From: Phaeosaccion multiseriatum | Taxonomy: Eukaryota > Protista > Ochrophyta, other classes | Assembly (NCBI GenBank): GCA_965112735.1 | Contig: OZ218950.1 | Location: 2,108,001-2,172,000 of the forward strand | Direction of reading: 5' to 3' | Length of the DNA stretch: 64,000 bases | Part shown: one piece after another, positions 33,779-46,298 of the stretch | Position numbering within the stretch: the stretch's first letter is position 1 | Layout of the letters: each line of letters opens with the position of its first letter | Program-made: the position numbers and the translations under genes | The notes under the pieces: model-generated | Told to the model about the DNA's origin: nothing | Seen by the model: the letters and a program-made list of their open reading frames with translations, nothing else | The model's database searches: none

Positions 33779-36700
33779 TTGGAGATCAGTATTGGTTGTG
33801 GAAATGATGTCACACCGCGTGTCTGTCCTTGCTCTCTGCCGCGGTGTTTCAAGGCGTCTCTCCCGTCTTGCATCTCATTCTCTTTCCGTTGATCTCTCGC
33901 TCTGACTCTCTCTCCCCCTCACTCACTCTCTCTGTCCCTCTCTCTCCCTCCACCCTCTTCATGAACACGTTCCCCACTCCTCCTTCAACCCCCCTCCACC
34001 CCCTACCCTGGCCTCTCAGGTTACGAAGAAGGACCAGAAGTGTTTGTCCAAGCTCTCGTCGTCGACAAATCTATCTGTGCAGAAAGCAGGCGTGCTCTTC
34101 ACTACGGACGAGCTTAGGACTCTCGCCCACAGGTTGGAGGGGGGGGGGAGAGAAAGGAACAAACACACACACATACACATACGCACGCACGCATACACAC
34201 AGAGAGAGAGGAGAGGGAGGGAAAGCCGCGTGGAAATGAAGGCGAGTGATGAATGACTCAGACCGCCCATATGCCTCCACTCTCTCTCCCTCTCTCTCTG
34301 CTCTCTCTCTCTGCTCTCTCTCTGCTCTCTATACTCTCTCCGTCTCTCTGCTCTCTCTCTACTCCCTCTCTCTCTCTTCTCATGCTGCAGAAAGGAGCGG
34401 ATCACATCAGCATACCAAAAGGCGCAGGCAACAGTCGTGGCTCAGGCCTTTGAAGTGGCAGCCACTTACGCCCCTGTCATGCGGCAGGGAGTAGACCTCC
34501 TCGCTCTGTTGGATGTGCTACTCAGTCTAGCAGTGGTGGCGGGAGAGGAGGAGTGGTGCAGACCATCCATCCTACCCCTGGGCTCCCAGCGGATGGAGGT
34601 GAAGGGTCTGAGGCACCCTTGTGTTGAAGCCGCTGTCGGTGAGGGGGAGAGAAGGAGGGAGGGAGAGACATGCAGAGACAGATGAAGAGAGGGAGAGAAA
34701 GACGGAGAGAGCGAGAGAGAGATGGAGACTCCCCCTTGGCCTCTCACCCCCCCTCCCCTCACCCTCATTCTCACCCTCACCACCTCACCCTCACCCTCGC
34801 CCTCACCCTCGCCCTCACCCTCCCCCTCACCCTCACCGTCACCCTCACCGTCACCCTCACCCTTCCTCTGACGACCGATCCTGACAACTGGCGACCACTG
34901 GATGTCCAACAGGGAGGTCAAACTTCATCCCCAACGACGTCACTATGGAGAAGGACAGCAGACTCATAATCTGGTAAGGAGGCTTGTGTCTTCCTCTTCC
35001 TTCCTCCCTTCCTTCCTCCCTCCCTTCCCTCCTCACTCCTGTCCTTTCTTTTTCTCTCTCCTCGGCCATCCACTGCCATCCTCCCTCCCTTTCCCTTTCC
35101 CTCTCACTCCTTCTGCCTGCCTCTTCCTTCACCTTCCCCTTTTATCTCTCTCACTCCTCTTCCCTCCTCCTCTCTCTCACACACTCACTCTCTACTCCTC
35201 CCTCCACCCCTTCCATCCCTCGCTCCTCTGCTCTCTCTCACACACACTCCCACTCCTCTTGCCCCTTCTCCCCCCCTTTCATCTCTCTACTTCTCTATCT
35301 GTCCATCTCAGCACCGGGCCCAATTGCGGTGGCAAGGTAAGAGAGAGAGAGGGGCAAAAGTTGAGAGCAAAGCAGGGAGGGCAAGCCATGCAAAGGCAAA
35401 GCCTTTGACGGATTTAGATAAAAAGAAAAAAGAGTCTTCCTTCTATTCCAAGCCTTTGACGGATTTAGAAAGAAGAGGCTTCCTTCTATTCAAAGCCTTT
35501 GACGGATTTAGAAAGAAGAGTCTTCCTTCTATTCAAAGCCTTTGACGGATTGAGAAAGAAGAGGCTTCCTTCCTTCTATTCAAAGGAAAATCCTCTAAGC
35601 CCGTTATTTCTCAGTCCCCTACCCTCTCTCCCCACCCCTCCCCTTCACCTTTTCTCTCTCCCGCCTCTCGCCCCACCCCATGCTGCTGGCATTGACTGCC
35701 ATCCCCTCCCCTCTCCTCTGTATGGGCATACATATTGGTCTCAACACTTCAAACTACAGAGGTAAAGACAAAAAGTGTCGCCACAGACATACGCTATGAT
35801 ATATATATATGGATGGTTTTGGGGGAGCAAAAGGGCAATGGAGGGAGGCCGGAAGTCCTTCATTCCTTTGTTCGATGCCCATCTCTCACGCTCATTCGAT
35901 GCATCTTCACTCCCTATCGACTCGCCTCGGCTTGTGCGTTGCGCTTGACTTTTATTGGTCCAAGACTCTTCCCCTTGCTCTACCCTTTCACTTTCCTCCT
36001 CTCACTTCCTTGACCCCGTCCTCCCTCCCTCCCTCCCTCCCTCCCTCCCTCCCTCCCTCCCTCCCTCCCATCCACTGCCATCCCCCAGTACCTTCTGCCG
36101 CAGCCTCGCCCTTGCTTCTCTGTGCATGCAGATTGGAAGCTTTGTACCCGCAGAGCGCGCCACCATGACTGTGGTGGATAAGATTTTGGCCAGGGTGGGC
36201 GCCTCTGACAACCAGGTGGGTGTAGAGTCAATGGGTGGGTGTAGTATATCTATGGGTGCGTACGTGGGTGCGTGGGTGCGTGGGTGCGTGGGAGGATGGG
36301 TCGTGCTGGCATAGAGGCATACTTACAGCCATACTTACAGGCATGCTTGCAGGCATACGGTATGAGGGGATGAGGTGATGTCCTACTCTCAAGTTTCGCG
36401 GTTGTCGCCAATTCCATCCTCTGCCATTCACTGCCATCCGTCCATCCATCTACTGCTCCTCCATCCAATGGCCTCATACTTTGCTGTTTCCTATACCTGG
36501 CCTGGCCTGCGCCCACTTCCTCCCCCTCTCTCCTCTCTCTCAGCTGCGAGGCATCTCCACCTTCATGTCCGAGATGCTTGACACGAAGGAGATCCTCACG
36601 GGTGAGCGACGCTGTATCACCAACTGCTGCTGCCGTATCACCAGCTGCGACTGGTGTTATGTTGTTGCTGTTGTTTTGTTGCCTTTTGTCGTGTGTCCGA

Positions 36701-37998
36701 CTCCCTGACTCTCCTCATCGCTCTGCTGTTCTTAGCTCGTCCCTCCTCCCACCCTCCACCTGCTCACTTGCAACCCAAACCCCAACCCACCCCACCCCAT
36801 CTACTGCCATCCACTGATGCCGCCCACTGCATTCCACTGCCATCCCCCCCACAGCCGCCACCAATTCCTCCCTCGTGTTGATTGACGAGCTTGGCAGAGG
36901 CACGTCATCCGAAGACGGATTCGGCATCGCGTGGAGCGTCGCCAACCGTCTGGTGCCCATCGGATGCATGGTGCTCTTCGCCACCCACTTTCACGAGCTT
37001 ATTAAGCTGGAGGACCAACCAGGTGGGTTTGGGTCTTTAGCAGGAGGAAGAGGAGGGGGAGGAGGATAAGCCTCTCTCCCGGCGCCTCACTAGACTCTCT
37101 TCTCTCTTCTCTCTTCTCTCTTCTCTCTCTCCCTCTCTTTCTCTCTCTCTTTTCTCCATCTCTATCTCCCTCTCTTCCTCTCCCTCCCCCTCTTCCTCCC
37201 TCCCTCCTTCTCGTTGTCTCTCTCTCTGTCGACTTCTCCTTCCTCCTCTCTCTCTCTCCTGACACCAGGCATCCCTGCCCAGAACCTGCACGTCAGCGCA
37301 GCGGAGAGCGACGACAAGAAGCTCACCATGACGTACCAGGTATGCATCCAAGCCATTTGTGTATCTAAGCCAATGGTGACTAAGCCATTTGTAAAGTTGT
37401 GTCAGCCCGCCCGGCCCTTGGGCCATCATTCCCTCGCTTCGTTCTCCCTCCCCCGTCCCTTGTCTCGTCCACTCAACTCGTTCTGTCCTATACTGTACGT
37501 CCTTCCTTCGTCCGGTCTGCCGGGTCTCGCTGGGTGGGTCGGTGGGTCGGTGGATCGGTGACGCTCTTCCTGACGGCGCCTTCCCTTGTTTGCCTGCCTC
37601 TCGCTCTCTTTTTATGTCAATGAAAGGTGTTGCCTGGAGGCTGCGGTAAGAGCTTTGGCATTCACGTTGCTCGCATTGCGGGTTTCCCTCCCTGCGTGGT
37701 GCAGGACGCCGAGCGCATCGCAAAGGAGCTCGACAATCACGGACACGGCACCGTTGTTGTTGATAGCAGCACCAGCACCAGCACCAGCACCAGCACCAGC
37801 ACCACCAACGGCAAGAGCAGAGGCAGTCGCAGCGGCAGTGGAAGGAGAGGGAAGAAGCGGAAAGACAACAAGGACAGGCTTGACCCTGACCAAGCAGCGG
37901 TGCTTCAGGGCTTCCTCGACCTGCCTCTGGGAGAGGAGGGGGAGGAGGGGGAAGGGAGCGTAGGGCCACTAAGAAAACTGTGTAGGCTAGTGCGGTGA
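28412..37998 (+). CDS. MSH2: DNA mismatch repair protein MSH2 (divergent, with Gly-rich insertions)
   Basis: The N-terminal [31 protein letters not shown] is an MSH2 signature. Further motifs [93 protein letters not shown] and SFGIHVA. About 17 exons. Confidence 0.93.
35398..35585. repeat. About 43-bp minisatellite, 4 copies, in an MSH2 intron
   Basis: Unit aaagcctttgacggatttagaaagaagagKcttccttctattc. Confidence 0.9.
35760..35761 (+). other. Predicted 2-nt microexon (AG) of MSH2
   Basis: Context ctacag|AG|gtaaag. It is needed to join ...GGC AAG (phase 0, 35336) to T ACC TTC (phase 2, 36089), giving K-S-T. Confidence 0.65.
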
Positions 37999-38925
37999 GG
38001 GTGGGCGCACTGGGAGAACGACTGCTTCTAAAGCTCATTAACAACAAGACAAGACTTCTTACTTCTGCTTTTTTCTCCCACCAAGGCATCAAGGTCGAGA
38101 GTTGTGCATGTATAGGGTCAAAAGGCAAGCAAAAGAGGGGGGAAGAGAAACGCGAGGGGACGAGAGGCGAAAGAAGGGGAGAGTGGAGAGCACAGGAGAG
38201 ACAGCAGGAGAGGAGAGCGGGGAGGAGGAGACGAGAGGAGAGGAGAGGAGAGGAGAGGAGAGGAGAGGAGAGGAGAGGAGAGGAGAGGAGAGGAGAGGAG
38301 AGGAGAGGAGAGGAGAGGAGAGGAGAGGAGAGGAGAGGAGAGGAGAGGAGAGGAGAGGAGAGGAGAGGAGAGGGGAGGGGAGGAGAGGAGAGGAGAGGAG
38401 AATGGAGATACGAGGAGAGGAGAGAGAGGAGCGTATCGGGCTGCATGGGTTATGTGCCAAGGTGTCAAGTGTGGAGCAGAGAGGAAGGACGGTGGGTCAG
38501 AGTCAGGGTCACGGTCCAAGTCACGGTCAGGGTCAGGGTCAGGGCCTGGGTGAATGTCCAGGCCAGACTCCGGGACAAGACGGAGGGGAGGGTAAGGAAG
38601 GAGGAAGCAGCAATCAAGAGCACAAGGAAAACAATTCAATTAACAAACAATTATAATCTCCGTGTAAGTACTCAATATTCATACGAGGCGCTCATCGAAG
38701 ACAAATCCTTCACCCTCCTACTTTACTTAATCCTCCATCTCTCGATGTTACTCCTTCGGTCCGTTCTCCCTATACCCTATACTCACCCTTCTCTCCAGTC
38801 CCTCCTCCTCTTCCCTCCATCCCTTTCCCAGAAAGTTATCACAACAGCAACAGCACCGCTGTGCTCGCTCGCTCACTCAACTCACTCACTCAACTCGCAC
38901 ACTCCAGGCTCTCGCTCAGGAGCGG

Positions 38926-39433
38926 CTAGAAGTGACTCCACCCCTCCTGTGCCCCGCTATACTCGTCCCTCCCATCCCGTCCGCTCCCCTCCCCACCCCC
39001 CCTACTCGGATCCAGCATCTCCTCCTTCTTGCTCGCGTTTTGAATCCTTGCATACGCCACGCTCCTAAGCTCCTGATTAAATGTATCTCCCTTCGCCACA
39101 CCCGCCCAATCGAAGCCTGCAAACCACTGATGCGTCTTAATTGCAACAATGTCCACCGCACCCCTCGCCCCAAGCCGCTGCGCAGCCACCGGGTGCAACA
39201 AACGATCCAAAAAGTCCTGCAGCGCCGGCGCAAAGGTGGTGGGATAGGTGAGTTGTTTGTGTGCGCTAATCTTGTTGAAAATCTCCAGCTCCGACCCCGC
39301 GTGGAAGGGAGAACTGCCCTCGATAAGCTCGTAGAGGAGAATGCCTAGAGCCCAAAAGTCCACAGCCTTGCCATGCCCCTGATGGCGGACTTGCTCGGGT
39401 GCGAGGTACTGTGTGTTTGTGTGTGTGAGGGTG

Positions 39434-39504
<71 letters not shown>

Positions 39505-42381
39505 GTGTGTGTGTGTCCGTGTGTGTGGGTGCGTGTATTTGTGTGTGCGTGTGTGTGGGTGTTTGTATGTGTGTGTGCGTGTGTTTGTGTGTGTATGTGT
39601 GTGTGCGTGTTGTGCGTGAGAGGGAGAAGAGAGCGAGGCAAGAAAGCAGAGGGGGGGAGAGAGAGAGAAAGGGAGGATGCAAGAGGCCATGAGAAAGAGG
39701 AGCAGCACAGGTTCAAAGAGGATACGGCGGGTGCGGGCGCGCGAGAGAGAGAGAGAGGTGCGTAATGGGAACGGGATGTCGATGGGATGTAGCGGTTCAT
39801 CCCGAGGAGTGCATCATTGCCTTTCAGCAGTCAACAGCCCTTGAAACGGAAACGCCTCTTAACTAAAAAGGTCTCTCTCGGCCCCCGTGACTGACGCCCC
39901 ACCATGATGTGAAGCCAAGCTCCCCAAAGGCAAAAGAGGCACAGAAAAGAATAGGGGCCGCTGCGATGCTTGTCGCTCTGACTGACTCACTGACTGACTG
40001 ACTGACTGACTGACTCACTGACTGACTCACAGACTGACTGACTCACTCACTGACTCACTCACTGACTCACTGACTGACTCATGACTGACTCACTGACAGA
40101 CTGACCGACTCACTGACTGACTGACTCACTGACTGACTCAATGACTGACTCACTGACTGAAGACAACAACACACACACACAAAACCCACAATGAAGTACC
40201 CAATCCCCCCACCACCCATCCCCACTCACTCCCTGCCCCACACTGACCGACACCCCCACTCACTCCATCCACTTCCACAGACCCCCACTACCCATCTCCA
40301 TAGACCAACTGATTCCCACTGACTCCCACTGACTCCCACAGACCCACTGGCTCCAACAGACCCACTGATTCCCACTGATTCCCACTGACTCCCACAGACC
40401 CACTGACTCCAACAGACCCACTGATTCCCACTGACTCCCACAGACCCAGTGACTCCAACAGACCCACTGATTCCCACTGACTCCCACAGACCCACTGACT
40501 CCAACAGACCCACTGATTCCCACTGACTCCCACTGACCCACTGACTCCCACTGACTCCCACAGACCCACTGATTCCCACTGACTCTCACTGACCCACTGA
40601 CTCCAACTGACCCAACCCCCCAAGCACACAAGACGCACCTCAGGAGTCCCGCACAGCGTGAAGGAGCTCTCATTGTCGGCACTGAGCTTGGAGAGGCGGA
40701 AGTCCATAAGCACCGCATTACCCTTGCTGTCCAGGTACACAAGCTCCGGTGACAGCGCTCGGTACAAGACGTTCGCCTTGTGAATCGTCTCCAACCCCAG
40801 CACGATACAAGCGGCCAAGTAGCGCACGCACTCACTCGGCAGAGGGCCATTTTCAAGCACAATCTGCTGTAGACTGCACGCCACTGCTGACTGCTCAAGG
40901 ATGTGCACGGCGTGTTCGCTATTGTAGGTACGGAGCATGAAGGGAACGGCAACGCACCCCATTCGCACCACCGGGTGCTCGGTGACGTGGTTGAGCACGT
41001 CCACCGACTTGTCGATGACGTCGCGCTGTTTTGTGTGTTGTTTGTTGTATTTTGTTTGTGTGTGTGTGTGTTGTGTTGTACGATTGCACGATAGATTGGG
41101 AGGAAGAGGAGGAGGAGGATGGGAGGAGGAGGAGGAGGAGGAGGAGGAGCAGCAGCCAGCAGGAGGAGGGCGGGGCTATTCAAATTAGGCAGCTGCGTTT
41201 CCGTGGCTCTTCCCCCCTCTCCCTCCCTCCATCCCTCCCCTCCCATACACCTCCACCCAGCCACATGCCTCCACCCACCTGCTTGGTGGAGACGATCCTG
41301 CTCTTCCACATGGTACGAAGAGTGCACTTGGCCTGATTGTTGGGCATCTTAACAAGGTTCCACTGGCCCAAGTCATCCGTTAGGACAGTGCCCAGCACGC
41401 GAAGCTCCTCCATGCTCGGCATGATGGGTCGCATCTCCCGCTGAGAGGGGAGGGGAGGGGGGAGGAGAGGGCAGAGGGGGTTCAGAGGGTGGGGGAAGAG
41501 AGGAAGAGTAGAGGGTTCGAACGGAGCGGGGGGGTCCACGAGCGTCCACCACACACAGACAACCACACACACAACATACAAACACAAAGCATGCCAGTGT
41601 CCTATTCACTCACTCACTCACTCACTCACTCACTCACTCACTTACTGCCTAACTCTCTATCTCTCACATCAACTCTCTCCCTCCCTTCCTTCCTTCCTTC
41701 CTTCCTCCGTCATCCGTACCTTTCTGCGATCCTCGTCAATGATGTACTGCAGCGATCCCAGCCGCTCCTCAAAGGCCTTCTGAGTGAGCTCCAAACACAC
41801 AACCTTGTGCTCTGCCGTCACCGTCGCGCTCCGAGGCTCCTGCGTCAAGAGCGCCCTCTCGCCGAAGTACTCGTACTGCCTCATCTTGCGAATCACTCGC
41901 CCACCACCGCCACTAGAGGGGCTACCAATACCACTACTACCACTGTCACCACCCTTGCTACCGTCGTCCTTGATGGACACCACTGCCGTCCCTTCCTCGA
42001 GGATGTAAAACTTGTCCCCCACCTGCCCCTGTGAGATGATCACCTCTCCTGGGGCGTACTCCTTCTCAGTGAGCACGTCGCAGAGTTGGTGCAGCTGCGG
42101 CAGGGTGAGGGACCGAAGCACCTCCACTCTCCTCAGCACCCTCGCAAGCTCTCTGCGGGACTGTTTCGTTGTTTAGTTTTTTTGTTTCGTTTCGTTTCGT
42201 TTTGTTTGCATGATAGAATGCAATTGTTGTTTTGAATGAGGGATGGGGAGCAAGAGGCGTCGGACGTTGCGTCAGACAGATAAGGATACGTATACGTGGG
42301 AGGGACAGGAGACAGACAGAGGCATACGGGTAGATACATAGCGACAGACGTACAGAGGTAGACAGGCAGACATACAGACAC

Positions 42382-42413
<32 letters not shown>

Positions 42414-44260
42414 GAAGGGAGACAGGGAGACACACAAGCAGAACAGACAGACCGACCGACAGACAGACAGACGGGACAGACAGACAGACAGGCAGAACAG
42501 ACAGGCAGACATACCAGAGGCATACTTACATAGACAAACCCCCCCCACCTCTTTTATCGTACCTTTTTCATGATAATATTGCGAAACACAGGCCGATCTA
42601 ACGCCCACAGCTCCCCGTCGGTCGTGGCAAAAACACTTGCCGTCCTCGGCTTGGAGTAGAGGAGGGCGAGGTGCCCGAAGCACGGCTTGAGCGAGTCAGT
42701 GGGTTGATAGGTGTGTATAGTCATGCCTGCATCCTCTCTGTCGTCGACCGACACCTTCTCTTCGTTGACTCTGACCTCGAACTGCCCACTCTCAATGATG
42801 TAAAACTTATCTCCGAGCCCGCCTTGTCTAATTACCCAGTCACCCTTCTTGACCTGCACTTTCTTGATGACCTGTGGGTGTGGGTGTTGGTAATACAGTG
42901 GTGGGGTGGGAGTTAATTGGAAACGTAAAAGGCAATGGACAAGGAGAAGCAGAGAGAAGATGTGAAAATCAGTCGGCAGCGACGCCAGCCGTGAGTGAGG
43001 AGAGCAAAAGAGCAAAGGCGGAAGAGTGGATAGGAAAGAAGGTAGGCATCCGCCCAGACTCTAAAAGCATTCACTCCTTCACTCACTCATGCAAGCACTC
43101 CTTCACGCACTCACTGACCCACCCACCTGTAGCAGCACCTCCCTCTGCTGTTCGCTAATGTGTTCAAACAGAAAGTTGCTCTTGAGCGCATTGAGAATGC
43201 TCTCCCTCTCCGCCTGCGTCTTGGGCGTAATGTTATCCTCAATACTGTAGGGCTCCGCGTGGATACCACCCACACCACCACCACCTCCTTGGTCCCCTCC
43301 TCCATCCCCTCCCCACCGTCCACTAGGCCCCCCCCTCCCCGTGCCGCCCTCGCGGCTCAACTGCTTCGAGGTCGGACTAAGATGAGGGCTCCCCGTGCCC
43401 ATCGCAAAGCTCTCATGCCCCAAAATCAGCTCCCTCCTCCGTTCTCGAGTCATCTCCCTCCGTACTGGTCTGACTCCCTCCAGCGCTATCTGGCCTAACC
43501 CAACATCGGTGTTTGGCTCCAGTCCTTCGTCGTCGTCCACTCGAATGTCGCTTATGTGCATGACTATGATGGTGATGTCGTCGGTTCGCACCTAACAAGG
43601 TTACAACATACATATATACATTTTATACACATACATATACGCGTGATGTACATAATATAAATACGTATAATATGCGAGGGGATGGGGTTGGGTTGGGAGG
43701 AGGAGGGGGGAGGGGGGCAGTATTATAGCAGAGCAGCAGAACAAGAGGGAAGGAGGTGAGAAACTTGCTGGTGGATGAGGGTGGGAAAGGGGGAAAGGGG
43801 GAGAATTACATGCACACACACGCACATATATATACACATCTCCTGTCAAAAGCAACACACAGACTCGCATCACCCCTAGTGTACAGACACAACAATCCTT
43901 CCTAGACGCACACACGCACGCTTTGCCTTACCTCGTACTGCAGCCACAGGTCATACGCCTCCTGCACTATCTTCTTGCAGGCAACGAGCGGGTCGTCATA
44001 AAGAGCCACCATGTCCACCACCATCTGTGAGTGAGTGAGTGAGTGAAAGAGATAAGATGGGGGAGGAGGAGGAGGAGGAGGAGGAGGAGGAAAGGGCAGT
44101 AGTAGGAGGATATGAATTGGAGGAGTAGTAGGTAGAAGCAGAAGTAGTAGGGTAGTAGTAGTAGTAGTAGTAGTAGTAGAAGAAGTAATAGTAGTAGTAG
44201 TAGTAGTAGTAGTAGCAGTAGTAGTAGTAGCAGTAGTAATATAGCAGTAGTAGTAGTCGC

Positions 44261-44303
<43 letters not shown>

Positions 44304-45588
44304 TTAAGAGAATGGAGGAAAGGACAGGGTAGAGCGAGAAGGTGTGAGATGAGAAGCAGGCAGACAAGAGATATCCCACTCCCACCCTATTAATACGCAT
44401 CTATTGATGAGGCGTAACACATGCCTGATTGGTGAGGAACTCAAAGACCCCGTCGCTTGCAACGACAACGAAGCGGTCCTGAGGATGCACTCTGCGGTGG
44501 ATGATTTCCGGGTCGGCAGATACCCCAAGCTCCTCGGCGATTTGATCCCCCATACTGCGCGTGAATGCCGTGCCTGTGTGTGTGTGCGTGAGACAGAGAC
44601 AGAGAGAGAGAGAGACAGATGAAAGGGAGAGAGACAGCGAGAGAGTCACTAGCTGTGGTTCTCAGGCGGGGAAGGGAAGGAAGTGGAAGATAAAGCTCTG
44701 ACAAAAGCGACTGAGGCGCCGGTGCTACCCCCCCTCCCCCCCTCCCCTCCCCCCTTCAGTGCCATCTTCTCTAAACCCCTCCCTCCATTGCCATTTCATC
44801 TTTTACCCACCTGGGTACTCTCCAAAAGGGCTCCAGATTCTCGGTGGGTCACCTCCCTCATCCAACTCCTCCCCTAGATTAACATCACCCCAGTTCTCGT
44901 GCATTGGCTCTAAACCCTCTATCTGATCCATGGACATCACACGCGCACCGCACAGCTTCACTCGTTCTCGCTCGTCCTGGGGGCATGGGAGGGGGGGAGG
45001 AGGAGGGAGGGAAGGAGGGAGGGAGGGTGGGAGGGAGGTGAGCCATGCGGGTCCGGGGGCGGGCGGTGAATAGAGCAGCAGCAGCAGTAGCGGCAACATC
45101 AACACCACCACCACCACCACCAGCAACAGCAACACGCACACCCTCCAACCCACCCACACACACGCACACGCACACGCACACGCACACACACACACACATA
45201 CATACCTTCCTGTACGGCGTCTGATCGCTGGACAGAGGCTTGGCCACAAGCTTGCCCCCCTGGTCCTGACAGATGATGGCCCTTGAATCACCAACATTGG
45301 CAACAAACATGTCTGGTCCATTAATGTACATGCCCACTGCGGTGGAGCCGCTGAGTGAGTCATCAACACCGTCGGACATGTGCAGCTGCACATTCGTCTC
45401 CAGGAAGGCCTGGTTGGAGGAGGAAGAGGAGGAGGAGGAGGCGGGAGGGGGGGAGGAGGAGGAGGAGGAGGAGGAGGGTAGAAGGAGGAGGAGGTGGTGG
45501 CGGTGGTGGTGGTGCAGGAGGAGAAGGAGGAGAAGGAGGAGGAGGGTTAGTCTAGTGGACATTACGCGCCCATCCGTCCGTCTGATAC

Positions 45589-45619
<31 letters not shown>

Positions 45620-46185
45620 GTGTCCGCGCGTCCGGCCCGCCCACTTCACTCCGTCATACCCCACTTTGCCCCATGTTACCCCCCCTTTGCCCCATCTTAC
45701 CTTCGTTAAGCTGTCCTCAACGGAATTGTCTGTCCTGAGCTCTTTTCTAACGTTTGCGGGTAGCTGATCTCTGCAGAAGTTGGCACACTTATCTCCTTCC
45801 TTACCGTGACCATCGAAGACCTGAGAGAGAGAGGGAGGGGGGGGGGGGGGGGGGAGACGTGAGCCATTCACTCACAGTAACTCACTCACTCCCTCACTCA
45901 CTCACTCACCATAAACAGGGCCTTTTCCGGGTTGTCGTCAAAGTTCGTACTGATACTATAGCTGTCCTGATTGGCCTTTTCCCTGCGTGACAAGGAGCAT
46001 GTGTGTGTGTGTGTGTGTGTGTGTGTGGGGTAAGCTTATGGTTGGCCAAGGCAATGCGCATACCCATCAATCAGCCCCCATCCACCACCATCTCAGGCGC
46101 AGGGTGGGGGGGCTGAGCTTCCAACCCAACAGACAAAACGCCTCCTGGAAGGGGAGGGGAGGCGGAGCACAGCACACCCCCCCCC

Positions 46186-46222
<37 letters not shown>

Positions 46223-46265
46223 CCTCTCTCTCTCTCTCTCTCTCCCTCTCTCTCTCTCCCTCCCT

Positions 46266-46298
<33 letters not shown>

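Noticed and set aside
37037-39068. Long ORFs with PLLSS / EERRG repeats
   Set aside because: These translate the (GAGAG)n pentamer in the MSH2/PP2C 3' intergenic region.
39903-39981. ATGATGT...CTGA snoRNA-like pair
   Set aside because: It is antisense to the host gene, and the CTGA belongs to a (CTGA)n microsatellite.
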